A stretch of 57,982 nucleotides of DNA, the filler included, from Asterionella formosa (lineage: Eukaryota): NCBI GenBank assembly GCA_002256025.1. It is 5 parts of 5 records of this genome, joined end to end, with 100 filler letters (N's around TTAATTAATTAA, not from the genome) between each part and the next. Parts side by side here need not be neighbours in the genome. Positions count along the whole stretch, not along the records: positions 1 to 11,523 come from NKIB01008388.1; positions 11,624 to 23,139 come from NKIB01008406.1; 3 more parts are not named here. One strand, written 5' to 3'. The notes beneath the pieces are model-generated. The model saw nothing but the letters and a program-made list of their open reading frames with translations, searched no databases and was not told the origin of the DNA. The position numbers were made by a program, and so were the translations under genes. Shown here in pieces: positions 1 through 12,008 of the stretch; position 1 is the first letter of the stretch; each line of letters opens with the position of its first letter.

Positions 1-182
1 GTTCATTGGAATGTCCATGGCAACCGGATTCTTCTTGAGAGCTTTGGTTGTCACAGAGGGGATCACGCCATCATCAGCCTCTAGTAGTTTGAATTGGTAG
101 AGAAAATGTTTAAAATTACAGTGCCAACGGGAGAGGAGTAGTGTTATTCCTCTATATATATACAAATCACAAGTATTTGTGA

Positions 183-2680
183 AAACCTGGTTGTACTTGT
201 GTTCGTGTACTGTCAACTTGTGTACATTACAGGAGAGACTTAGCTACTAAAGTGCATGTTATAATATCATACTCCGTACTACGATGCAGAATACAGTTCC
301 CAATCAACATTGAATGATTAAGATGATGATAATGTGATATCACAATAGGGTTACATCGATGCATACATCACCAAAGTAGCTATGATATGGTATATTGAAT
401 AAAGTATATCACATAGCTATGATACATTGATCATAGAACTGTGATGTTTTCTTAAAATGTTTATGATATAATTTTGATCAAAATATGATCATGTTAAAAA
501 ATACAATGATAATAAATACGATAAAATATGTACGCAAGTGTTATCAATACATCATTGAAAAAAAAAATCATAATTATGTAACTTATATATAAAGTCGACT
601 TTTAATGTATACAGTAAAAGCCAACAGTTAATATGATAGTATTATCATACAGTGGATAGGATCTAAGTATACAGATGCGTTGATATGTACATCACTAGAA
701 TATGATTTATGATATGGATTGATGCATGTCACATACCGGTATCCTCAACAACCAGCCATCACGTTCATTGTTGTGTCGTTTTTCCTTGTTATAGCTGTAT
801 TCATGCCGGCATATGAATTGTGTAAACACTGCGCTGGCGGAACATGCATATTGCACTGTGCTCTGTTCAACAATTACTACACTTGGTTACCATCACACCA
901 GCTGCACCTCCACAAGCGCCGCAAAAAGCTCCGCATTTCCCTTCCACTGTTTTACATCATAGTCTTCTGGCCCTTTGACACCTTTTCAAATGGCATTTCA
1001 TGGATTTCATGCAAAGGATCAGTCAAACAAGAAACGTGACTTACTTCCATTGTTTACACTACACGACTTTATGTTTTCGGAAAAGAAGATGAAGAAAGTT
1101 ATGAAATCAATCGAAGATTCCTTTGAATACACTCAAAGATCAAATGAATTTGAACAGATTCACAATACTCTAGAAAATATAAATAATGTAGTATGCCGAT
1201 ACAATAGTGGCAGAGATTGAAAAGAAGGAAAGAATGCTTTCGAAGAGTCAAGGAAACCCAAACAGTTGTTTTTCGCAGATGAAGACTCTATTCCTACAGA
1301 GTCACAGTTCCATCCAGTGTCGTATTTTGCTCCTCATTCTCCTGAAATCGCTGATAATGAAGAAGAACTCAGTGATTCTCATTCATTTGATGAACAAATT
1401 CATGCGATGAATGAAAATACCGGCGGAAATGTGGGCGACATGCATCACTTCTGAAGTAGAAATGGTTGAAAAGTTGCAAAACCAAGAAATATGCCTCACT
1501 ACTCGTCCAGAACATCAAGATGAACATCATGAAAGCAGAGAAACTATTGCATTTCTAAAAGAAAAGCAAGATATTCAAGAAAAAATCCGAGCTAGATCAA
1601 GACCTCGAATTCAAGAAGACCAATGCCAGACAGAGATGTGATGCTGGCTAAGGCAGTTGATGCACTGAGTTGGGAACGAAGTTTGAAGAAAAGAATTTGA
1701 ATTTTTTTCCAAATCATACATGGAAGAAAAAGAATTTCTCTGTAAGGCAGCTACTTTTGTGAAGAGTCAGCATGTGAAATGTGTAGAGTTATTATGCCAA
1801 AGCAAACTGCATTTTCCTTAAGTTTGCCGAAAACGCATGGACAACTAAAATTGTGGAAAGATTTGTACACACGTACACACGTACACACCCCACAAGATAT
1901 ATGCAATTATGCCTCTGTATTTTATGGAGTCAAAGGTATCAACAATCATCTTCAGATTTTAAAGATCTTGCATTTTGGGACCTTGAAACAATTACCTCTA
2001 TGTTCCATTATATAATTCATGAACTTCATCCAACTGATGTAAAGGTTATATTTGATTTGGATGAGAACCCAGAAAATGGTAATAACAAACTGTATGTATG
2101 CCAACGTGATTGTCATCCACTTCATCATGACAGAAACTACTGTATGTGCTAATTGTTTATTGCAAAAGATCAGATGAGGAGGAAAACAACCATTTTGTAC
2201 ATAATCTTTTTCCTATAAATGATGGATTATTTCAGGTCCGTGATCCAGGAAAAGATGCAAGTTTGGATGAACATAATGATCAAGTATTTCACCTTGCCCA
2301 TAAGTACTGCATCATCCCTGGGTACACCAAACAATTGGACTTGTTATGCACCGATACAGGATATCTTCCACAAGAGTCCCATACACCTGAAGAATTTGGT
2401 TTATCGGAATCTTTCTATACTGGCACCAAAGCACGGCACCATTGCAGATCATTATGGCCAGCCACTGAACATGATTCCATGTTATTTCAACCAGAAGATG
2501 ATATTGGATGGTCATGTGGACCATTTACAATTGTGAAAGTGTTGGAAACTCTATTGCAATTAGAAAGGAATGGCAAAACCAAATTTCTTGGCTTCCGGGC
2601 ATGCACAATTCCGTTTGGAGACGGAGTCCTGGAAAGTTTAAAACATCTGGTGGTAGCAACAGATCGAACAGACGATTTGT
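183..2680 (+). repeat. Dispersed ~2.5-kb repeat, copy A (homolog of 19905-22702 on the minus strand)
   Basis: Colinear nucleotide and peptide similarity. ORF 719-1039 (TYRYPQQPAITFIVVS...KGSVKQET) matches ORF 21589-22068; HELHPTDVKVIFDLDENPE and FQPEDDxGWSCGPFTIVKVLETLLQLERNGKTKFLG are shared. Confidence 0.93.
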
Positions 2681-2690
2681 TATATAAGTG
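1853..2690 (+). pseudogene. Frameshifted Ulp1/C48-like (CE clan) cysteine protease domain, TE-borne
   Basis: Motif order W..I..Y (FWDLETITSMFHYII), His (NNHF), Asp (VRDP), then Gln and Cys (FQPEDDIGWSCGPF) fits the Ulp1 H-D-Q-C arrangement. Split over two frames. Confidence 0.6.
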
Positions 2691-4073
2691 CATACGCTTG
2701 GTTGTCCTATCATTCTTCGGATTTTACCAGCTAGCATAGCGCGGGAGCACTCACGGTTTGTGTAGCTAGACCGATTATCTGCTACTGTGTTGATTAGAGC
2801 GACGGCTTGCGTGCTGGCACTGGTGTCCATGAAGTACCATTCTCGCTCAGATTCCTGAAAAATTCTTGAACTCCCATCTGATTTATGAACAATGAACTCG
2901 TTCCCATTTGTGCTGTCATATGTGACTCTGTATCCCCTTTCCTTCACTCATGATAAGGCGAGAATATTTGCGATGCCATTGGGATGATACCATACTGTAC
3001 CATATCCAGGCAGATCTCCAACCATGTTGGTGCTAGTGACTCCGGCATTGCAATGTATATCCTTGTGAGACTTACCCTCACGTCTGTTCCTTAGCAAGTT
3101 AATGTTGTGAAATATCTCCACAGTTGTCTGGCCATCAAGCAGTATCCATGTCTTGGGAACACGCCCATCTGTGTCAATCTTCATTGCAATTCCGGTATCA
3201 TGATGCTGAAGGAATTGGAAATGTTGTTTGCCATCAAACTCTCCATCCTCCATACCGACCATGAGCATTGTCACTCCTGACTGGCATTCCTCAGTACACT
3301 CGTTTGTATAATGCCCTTGCTTGTTGCCGCATTTGTGACATATCACGCTGGCCCTGTCACGTGGCCCATTGTTTTTCTTTGCTTGCCCGTTGTTTGCAAG
3401 AGTGACTTTAGGATCAGTTCTATTATCATCGACATTTGTAAATGACACACTATCACTGGCAGGCCCAATTGGGCACACAAGATTTCGTGACTCCTGTTTC
3501 CAGTTGGTGAGAAGATGATATGCAGCAGTAACCGCAGTAGGATAATTGTTCCGACCCTGCAAAAAGTAGATCTCCAGATTCTCGATCAACCTTCCAAAGC
3601 GCGATTGGTCAGCACCGATTAGAAAAGCAAAAGCAAGGGGTACCATCCGTGGGAATCCCTTTTAATTTCCTCTCTCATGAATGAAGTCATTGTAGACAGA
3701 TTCTTTCCCTGCTCTGTGGCAAGAATTTTTTTGATTCCTGGATCATGCCTGACAGACCGGCCACTGTGTTCAATCACGTCGACTAAGTTTTGGAACTGTT
3801 CTAAGCATACTTGTGTTGTCGCAAACCATCCTTGTGCGCATAGGTAGATTCGCCGGTTTGATTCATGTAGTGAGTGGGGGAGATATTTTTGGCTTTGGAA
3901 ATTGTATGCCATGTCCTTAATGGCTTTCAATAGTGATAGTCCATCACCTGCACTTGATATAGTATCAAATGTGTCCAGTGCCTCAATATTCTGTCGCATG
4001 ATGTCGGTGCACTGTTCCCACATCAATACAAATAGAGTCTTGACATTCTCAGTAAGATAGTTGCTCCTCTTGA
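2680..4073 (-). mobile_element. Ty1/Copia (CoDi-like) retrotransposon: gag C-terminal part, zinc knuckle and protease; degenerate, truncated at the start of the integrase region
   Basis: [45 protein letters not shown]; knuckle [15 protein letters not shown]; protease [31 protein letters not shown]. Contains frameshifts and stops. Confidence 0.88.
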
Positions 4074-4085
4074 AAGAGAGAAAAA

Positions 4086-7000
4086 ACCATCCTTGCACAA
4101 AAGTGTTTCTAAATGCACAATGGAAATTTTTAGGAATTCGTGATTATTATTTGTAACTAAATATGTAGCAAATCAAGAATAATAACTATCAATGATAAAA
4201 ATTTTTTCTTAACTAAATTTCAAATGATTTTTTTTGTTTACTCATGGAATATCGAGAATTATTTACAATTTTGTATTACCATCAAGAAAATGCACTGGAT
4301 GTTCAAATCGACACAAAATCAGATGCATAAGAATGTATCCAATTCTAAGAAGTTAATGACATGCCTCGACATCTCGACATCATGATACAATACTCATACT
4401 ACCGGCAGTACAGTATTGGTAGTAAACGTCAACGTCAACGTGTACGTAGGGCAACTCTGAGAAAGCAATTCCCGCTCCAGCTACTATCGCCTTGCCATTC
4501 GGGTACTTCTAAGTTATTTTTAGGCTCTAAGTGATTTTTATTTCAGGGCAATATGGAGCACATCGAATTTTTCGGCAATAAAATTGCCGATTTTAGCATG
4601 ACAACCAGAATATCGGTAATATGCATAGAGATGGTACAACAAGCGTAAAACACACAAGAATGATTGTAACATGCAACATCAACGAAAATTGAACATGATG
4701 TTTGGAGCAACCAGAGTATGAAATGCGATGTAATAAGTAGCATCAAATGAGAAATAGAAAAAATTGTTTTGGGTGAGAAATGAAATAAAAAAATAAGAGT
4801 TCCAATGGACGAGACGTAGCTATGCATTATGAATCATTGTAGTACTTACACACCAGGCAACATTGACTTTCCATCACCACACAATCGAAGACCGAAATAA
4901 GAAGAAGAAAAGCTCAACCCAATCTTGACCTACATCGTTATTTAGCGTAAATGGTCTGGTTTCTGCAACCATGTGCATCGCTGTAGTAGCCTGACACCAG
5001 TAGCAGTATTTCCGCCACAGTCATTCCTCTCTGCCCACCAAACAGGCAACCCTGATCATTCCATTCTGAGCAAGCATGATCGCCATGCTGCTCCAGCACT
5101 ATTGACTCTCTCTCTAGCTGAGTATTCATGTAGCTTCTGATACGAACTCGCAGTAGAAATGTAGCAAAGTGCGTTAGTGCAAGAAAAGCATTGCTTGGCG
5201 GCAATATTGACATCATTGTCAATGACTATACAAATCAACAACGGCACAATACCACATCTTCAATGAGTAGTCATTGATAAATGCATTGGTTATTATGTAG
5301 ATATGTACAATCGAAACAAAACGACAGTGCGTAACGACAAACAACGATGGAAGCGATCAAAACAAACCACGGAAGCAATCAAATCGGAAAGTCGATGAAT
5401 ACGATCTACAATCCACATTCAGTGTTTCACTGTTGTACTCACCGATCCGCTTCAACTAGCATAACAAGCAGCAGACGATGGGATAAAAGAAAGACGAACG
5501 TTGCCTATTGCAAGCCCGAATAGAGCAAAGGCAGGCAAGATAGAGTGAGAACTATATTTGTGAGGACGAAATCGGGCATACGGTACGTGAAATCAATGAA
5601 TATGTGAACGATATAATTCAACATTTCAGGTCTCGTAAAAATTATACCGAGTCTACAGAGATAATATTATAACGTGTTCAAAGTAAGCGTTAAAGCATAG
5701 CTTAAACCATGCATGGTTGTCTTTAGTACCACGTACGTATGTAGACTAGATGACTGCTGGTAGCCTGTAGAATATCCGTTAAGCATCATTACATACATGA
5801 CCGGAGCAAAAACTTGCCACCAACATCAGATGTATTGATATCATCGTTCGTCCGACGAAATATGGACGATGCGACTACATGAATGCCTCGAGAAGACAAG
5901 CAATCCAACAATCAACCGCATCCTTCAGGCAAAGAATCGCTACTGGCGTCATCGCGGAACTGATTTCGCTTCAAACCGGTCATGATGCATGGACGACGAT
6001 TGGCATGGTGAAAGGTGAATTGCCGGAGTCCACTTTTCAGGAGACGAACAAAAACGAGGTGAATTCTAGATATAAATTATTGGAATCTGAATAGCATATA
6101 AAATGGTTTCCTTAAGTAGACCCCTTGCCGATTTCGGCAATCCCAGGGCTGGAAAACCGAGGGGCAATTGGCGTCTGTTGTCTTGCCAAAATGCGAACAT
6201 ATGAAATAGACAAAATATATTTCAGGGATGATGTGCACAATTCCCTAAGCTCCAAGCAAGTACCTAAACACTACTTTCAACATGTGAGATGCTGCAAGAC
6301 AAGACAAGACAAGAAGCAATCAAGACAAATGGAGGGCAAGGATGAAAATGCCAGAGGTGTGTCACAATTTGTTGTTATGGTGAGGTTGTCTTGTCCACTG
6401 TACTAGCTTTACTGTGTTGTGATCAGAGGGTGAGCAAAGTCTATGAAAGTTTCTGCATACAGACAAAAAGGTGATGAATCTCCAAAATTATGAAATTGCG
6501 GCTGCGATCTGTGATTTTTGACTGCTTCGCTTTCAAGATTCGCCAAGAGATGAGGGAGCAAGGCAGTAAGTTGAAAATCTACTGAAAAATGACAGCGATC
6601 CACCCTTCATTTCGCATCACTCGATTGGCATGATGAAGTTATTGAATTTAGCTATTAAATCACAATTTTAAAAATGAATTGTTTAGCTTCCACTGATTTT
6701 TAATTGCCCTTTTCGTCTACACAGCGTTTGAAGCACCAGCCAAAAAGGTTGCATGTGTTTAGAGCATCTCCACCGCATCGACCAAATACCAAGCCAATTG
6801 CAGTTGGGAGTCATTACACATCATGATGTGTTGTCTTGGAAGAAAAAGCAAAAAATGTTTTAGCCACCGCATCGACCAAGACCACATATGCTTTGGTCTT
6901 GATTGAGGATGGCCCACTTATTGACCAAATATCAGGTATTTGGTCGATTAGACTCCGACCATACTAGCCAAACAAAGGGAGCATTTGTATTGGTCTAGAT

Positions 7001-7299
7001 TATGGCTTGTGCGGGCAACATAACGCCGACTGTTTAATTGATCCACAAAGGCTTACAATACACTTACTACCTTACTCTCTTGATGTAGACAAATAATAAA
7101 CTTAAGTAAAACTACATTTGAATAATACTGGCAGCTATCTATAAAACAATCTCATGCATAAATATGATATCTTGTTGAATGCTGTTCTTCAAGTCTTTGA
7201 GAGTCCCAGTAAGATATCATTATCCATTGGCGTCAAAGCAGGATGCTACATGAGTAGGAGCAGCAGGTGCATCTAGAAAGACTGTTGTGCAAGAATGGT
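4086..7299. mobile_element. ~3.2-kb insertion bounded by 33-bp imperfect terminal inverted repeats, interrupting Copia gag
   Basis: 4086-4118 accatccttgcacaaaagtgtttctaaatgcac versus reverse complement of 7267-7299 accattcttgcacaacagtctttctagatgcac (29/33). Candidate target duplication cctcttga (4066-4073) / ccttttga (7306-7313). Confidence 0.7.
4450..6235 (+). repeat. ~1.8-kb non-coding dispersed repeat, copy 1
   Basis: Colinear with 8420-10155, from gcaattcccgctcc...gggtacttctaagt to aatggtttccttaagtagacccc...aatgcgaacat. Confidence 0.9.
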
Positions 7300-7305
7300 A
7301 ATGGA

Positions 7306-7700
7306 CCTTTTGACAAACTCATCAACTTGCTTTTCCCAGATCCTTTCTTGAGTCCTGGTCGCATTTTCAGGTGGGTCACTTGGTTTGTCCATGACTGGTA
7401 ACTCCAGATTCTCAACAACCAACCGGATGTTCCCACCATACTTGTATGTCCTTCGGAAGAATTCTCCAATCTCCTTTGTTGTCTTCATAAAGATGTCTGA
7501 CTGTCTTACATCAGAACAGTCATAAATATGGCCCTTTAGGTCATCGCATTCGCCCTCAAACTTGGGCTGTCTTGGTATCATGGGCTTGTGGCACCTGTAC
7601 TCGTGTTTTCTTTTCCTTTGGTGGAGTGGTTGTATTGTCTCCCTGGGGCCATCGTTGTCAGCCACTGGTCCCCTTTTGCCAATGTTAATTCAACCTTTAA
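7306..7700 (-). mobile_element. Ty1/Copia gag N-terminal part (continues at 4073)
   Basis: PKFEGECDDLKGHIYDC..SDIFMKTTKEIGEF..IWEKQVDEFVKR joins KRSNYLTENVKTL at ~4070. Confidence 0.82.
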
Positions 7701-7707
7701 TTAATTA

Positions 7708-7962
7708 TGTTGAAACTGCAGTATTTGCATCCCCCAACTGTGCCGATGAGACAACAGGATGAGCGGAATGTTCACAGAATGGTCGAATTGATTGTAAACC
7801 AGATAATTAATCAAAGTGAGCATTCAATGTGGCAATCGAACTGCTGATCAGATTTGTGTTGATGTGGCGCCCTACTATGTGGCGCTTTTTTCTTAATAAG
7901 TTTGCGTTGGACCACAGTCCATCCATCATCATGTACCATTGTTGTATGTAGGTTTTCTAACA
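7708..7962 (-). mobile_element. Candidate 5' LTR (255 bp) of the Copia element
   Basis: TGTT...AACA termini immediately upstream of gag on the minus strand. No second LTR is present to confirm it. Confidence 0.55.
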
Positions 7963-8044
7963 GGTGGGATAAATACTTCCATTTGCTTGTCCATAGGGTA
8001 CTATGTGTACCTGACTGCCTTGAACAAATGAAATCCGATTTTTC

Positions 8045-10155
8045 AAGCAATTCCCGCTCCAGATTTTGTCTCGCCACTTGGGTACTTCTAAGTAATGCTT
8101 AAGCTCTAAGTAATTTCTTAAGTAATTTTTATTTAGAGGCAGCAATATGGGGCATATCAAATTTTTCGGCATTAAAATTGCCGATTTTAGCATGACAGCC
8201 AGAATAATGGTAATATACATAGAAATGGTAAAACAAGCAGCAAAGACACGAGAATGATTGTAACATACAATTTCAATGAAAATTGAATATGATGTTTGTA
8301 GCAGCCAAAATATGTTATGCAATGTAATAAGTAATGACAAATAAGAAATAGAAAATGTTGTTTTGGGTAAGAAATAAAGTAAGAAATAGGAGTTTCAGTT
8401 GCATTGAAGCACTTACACAGGCAATTCCTGCTCCGGCTATCGTCTTGCCACTTGGGTACTTCTAAGTAATTTTTTAAATAATTTTTATTTAGGAGCAATA
8501 TGGGGCACATAGAATTTTTCGGCATTGAAATTGCCGATTTTTAGCTTGAAAACCAGAATAACGGTAATATGCATGGAAATGGTATCACAACAAGCGTACA
8601 ACACACAAGAATGATTGTAACATACAACATCAATGAAAATTGAACATGATGTTTGGAGCAACCAAAGTATGAAATGCGATGAAATAAGTTGCATCAAATA
8701 AGAAGTAGAAAAATTGTTTCGGGATAGAAATGAAGTAAAAAATAGGAGTTTCAATCATGGAGACGTATGCATGATTGTGAATCATTGTAGTACTTACACA
8801 GGCAACATTGCTTGATTTCCATCACCACACAATCAAAGACCGAAAGAAGAAGAAAAAATGCTGAATCCAATTTAGACCTGCATCGTTATGTAGCGTAAAT
8901 GGCCTGGTTGCTGCAACCATGCGCATCGCTGTAGTAGCCTGACACCAGTAGCAGTATTTTCGCCACAGTCATCATTCCTCCGGCCACCAAACAAGCAACC
9001 CTGATCATTCCATTCTGAGCAAGCGTGATCGCCACGCTGCACCAGCACTATTGACTCTCTCTAGCTGAGTATTTATGTAGCTTGTGATACGAACTCATAG
9101 TAGAAATGTAGCAAAGTGCATTAGTACAAGAAAAGCATTGCTTGACGGCAATATTGACATCATGGTTAACGATGCACTATACGACACATCAACAAATATG
9201 ATCAACAACAATATGTCGTCAAAGAGTAGTCATCGATAAATACATTGGCTCTTATGTAGATAGATACAATCGAAACAAAACGACAGTGTGGAACGACAAA
9301 CGACGATGGACACGATCAAAACAGACCATCAAAGCAACCAAATCGGAAATTCCACAAATAGTATCTACATTCCACATTCAGTGTTTCAATGTTGTACTCA
9401 CCATTCCGCGCTAACTAATAATACAAGCAGCAGGCGATGGGATCTTTTAAAGGTCGAAAGGTCCCTGTTGTAGGCCCAATTTGCGCAATGGCAGGCAGGA
9501 TAGATTGCGAAGTATTATTGTGAGGACGGGATTGGGCATAAAACGTAAAATCAATGAATATGTGGTGAAGCAAATAATTTAACATACCAGTCTCATAAGG
9601 ATAATATTAAGTCTACAGCATGTATATTATAACAATGTGTTCAAAGTAAGTGTTAAATTTTAGCTTAGACCATGCATGGTTGCTTTGAGTACCAGGTATG
9701 TAGGCTAGATGACTAGAATATCCATTAAGCATCACATCATGACCAGAGCAAAACTTTGCTGCCACCAACATCAGATATACCTATAACATCTTTTGTCCAA
9801 CAAAATATAGATGATGGGACTACATGAATCCCACAAGAAGATAAGCAATCCAACAACCAGCTGCATCTGTTTGACAATGAATCACTACTGGCGTCATCAC
9901 TGAACTGATTTTGCTTAAACTGGGCATGGTGAAAGGTGAATTGCCAGAGACAGTTTTCAGGAAATGAATAAAAATGAGGTGAAATTCAACATAATTTAAT
10001 CAAATCTGTAGAGTATAGAAAATGGTTTCCTTAAGTAGACCCCACCCTTGCCAATTTTGGCAATCCCAGGGCTAGCAAGGGAGGGGCAATTGGTGTGAAT
10101 TGTATTGCTCAAATGCGAACATGTGAAAAATAAAAAATATATTTTAAAGATGGGC
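8045..10155 (+). repeat. ~1.8-kb non-coding dispersed repeat, copy 2, with its first ~375 bp tandemly duplicated (8045-8420 and 8420-8760)
   Basis: Direct alignment to 4450-6235; the start motif gcaattccYgctcc occurs at ~8047 and ~8422. Confidence 0.9.
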
Positions 10156-11523
10156 AATATCAGACCCATTGCAAATTTCGATATGAAGATAGGGAATAAA
10201 CATTTTTTATATGATGGGATATAGCATGCTAAAATTGACATTTACACTCAATGAGCTCAATGAGTGGGCAGTAGGTAAGCAAATGGTGCAACATTAGGTA
10301 GGTTGTGAATTGCCTCAACAATACCCTTCTCAGTGGCTACATGCCTTCTCATATACATGTGTACTTGGCTGGGATGGCACTCAAAGGGTGACCTTCTTGC
10401 AGTGCCATTGGTGCCACTCATACAATCAACCTACTCACACCACCCAGCCTCGAAAACATGTACTGGGTATACTCAGAGGCAGGAGACCACCTTGGGCGTG
10501 TATTGCCTTCAGCACCATTTTGCTAATTCCTCAGAGCATGCATGAATTGCAATTTGAGATGTGGGAACCAAGAAATGAGAACATATGTATAGCTGATGCC
10601 ATTACCTTGAACAGTTCCTACATAGAACGCTTTTCACATTCATGTCAAAATGACGTGTGGAATCGTGATTTTCTAAGGTCGATCGTGTCAAATAAATTGC
10701 TTACGTCTATTATTAGACACATCGTGTTATAAACGACATCATCGCTGAGACACCACATGATATTTGGCACGATCGACCGGCGACAGCCGCTCAAGATTCC
10801 ATTCACGTTGACAAACTGATAATAATTTTACCTACATAGATATTCATATTTGTTAACAATCGCGCATATGAATTGAAAATTAGAGTGCGCCCACCTCCTG
10901 TTATCCACACCAAGCAAGTCCTCAAGAGTAAGAGGGTGGACATTTCGGTGGTGGGCACGAGTTAAATACTATAAACCTAACGGTACTTCCAATCGGTTGT
11001 CCAAAGTTATCACATCATAAAGATTCTGTCAACAACTCAGTGTTTCTCCTAACAACAACGCCATCGGTGCACAATAACTACACACATAATTAAGCTCACA
11101 ATTTGACGAAATTCTTACAATCACTATAAAACCATTCACACACTTGTAAGTTCATCGTTTCACCGCATTGTGATCTCCGTTTCTTGCGAAGGTTGCTGAC
11201 TCCTTCTCCTCGTTTGATCATCAGAGACTCTATTATCCATTCAATTGATCACACCTTTTCGAATGAAGCGCTCCGGTCTCGCCATTACTCTTGTTTGCTC
11301 ACTTTTTAATCCTGTGTTCGGTCGTATTCGGGGACAATGGGGACACAAACGAGAACTCCTCGAGGATCCTCGCCGAGCCAAGATGAAAGTGGACAATGAC
11401 AAGCGTCGAGCCTTTGGAGATATGAAAGGAGGCATGATGCGTGCTCACATGATTAGCAAATCAGCGTCAACTACGAATAGCCTTTATGTACAAAACGGCG
11501 TGTTTGATGTCGAACTATCTCTC

Positions 11524-11623
11524 NNNNNNNNNNNNNNNNNNNNNNNNNNNNNNNNNNNNNNNNNNNNTTAATTAATTAANNNNNNNNNNNNNNNNNNNNN
11601 NNNNNNNNNNNNNNNNNNNNNNN
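11524..11623. other. Artificial contig linker (N44-TTAATTAATTAA-N44)
   Basis: Exactly 100 bp with a six-frame stop cassette in the middle; identical structure occurs four times. Confidence 0.98.
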
Positions 11624-11747
11624 ACCTGTACTTTTCCCTCCAGATTATTTGATGGTTGACCAGTAATAAACACCTGTATGAGCCATTGCATTGATTTTTA
11701 GTAATAAAAATTATTAAGTTTATTTAAAAAATAAATATCAGATCAAT

Positions 11748-12008
11748 GATAGGGGAGTGGCTGAGTGGTTGGCATGCGTTCTAAGGTGACAGGCTCAATT
11801 CCTGCACTCAATATACGGACTGCCTTCGTTGTAGATGCAGTCCCTAGGTTCATGGGAGTGAGGCTGACAACAGGCTGGTCTAAAGCCTTCTGGGCTACTA
11901 TGCAAGTTAACAATTTCTACAATTGTCGAGTTCTTTAAAAGCATAATACTATAAAATTTTCGAGTTCTTTAAAAGCATAATACTATAAAGTTTAAATAAA
12001 ATTATTTT
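11748..12008 (+). mobile_element. Candidate tRNA-derived SINE
   Basis: A-box TGGCTGAGTGG (11758-11768), B-box-like GGCTCAATTCC (11792-11802), AT-rich tail with a 34-bp-period duplication, and flanking near-direct repeats tatcagatcaat (11736-11747) / tatctgatcaat (12009-12020). Confidence 0.5.

Noticed and set aside
6759..7010. Tourist/Harbinger MITE starting TTA|GAGCATCTCCA
   Set aside because: A left-end-like motif and a repeated ccaccgcatcgaccaa are present, but I found no matching right TIR.
11568..11579. TTAATTAATTAA as a biological motif in the gaps
   Set aside because: It is centred identically in four 100-bp N blocks, so it is an assembly stop linker.
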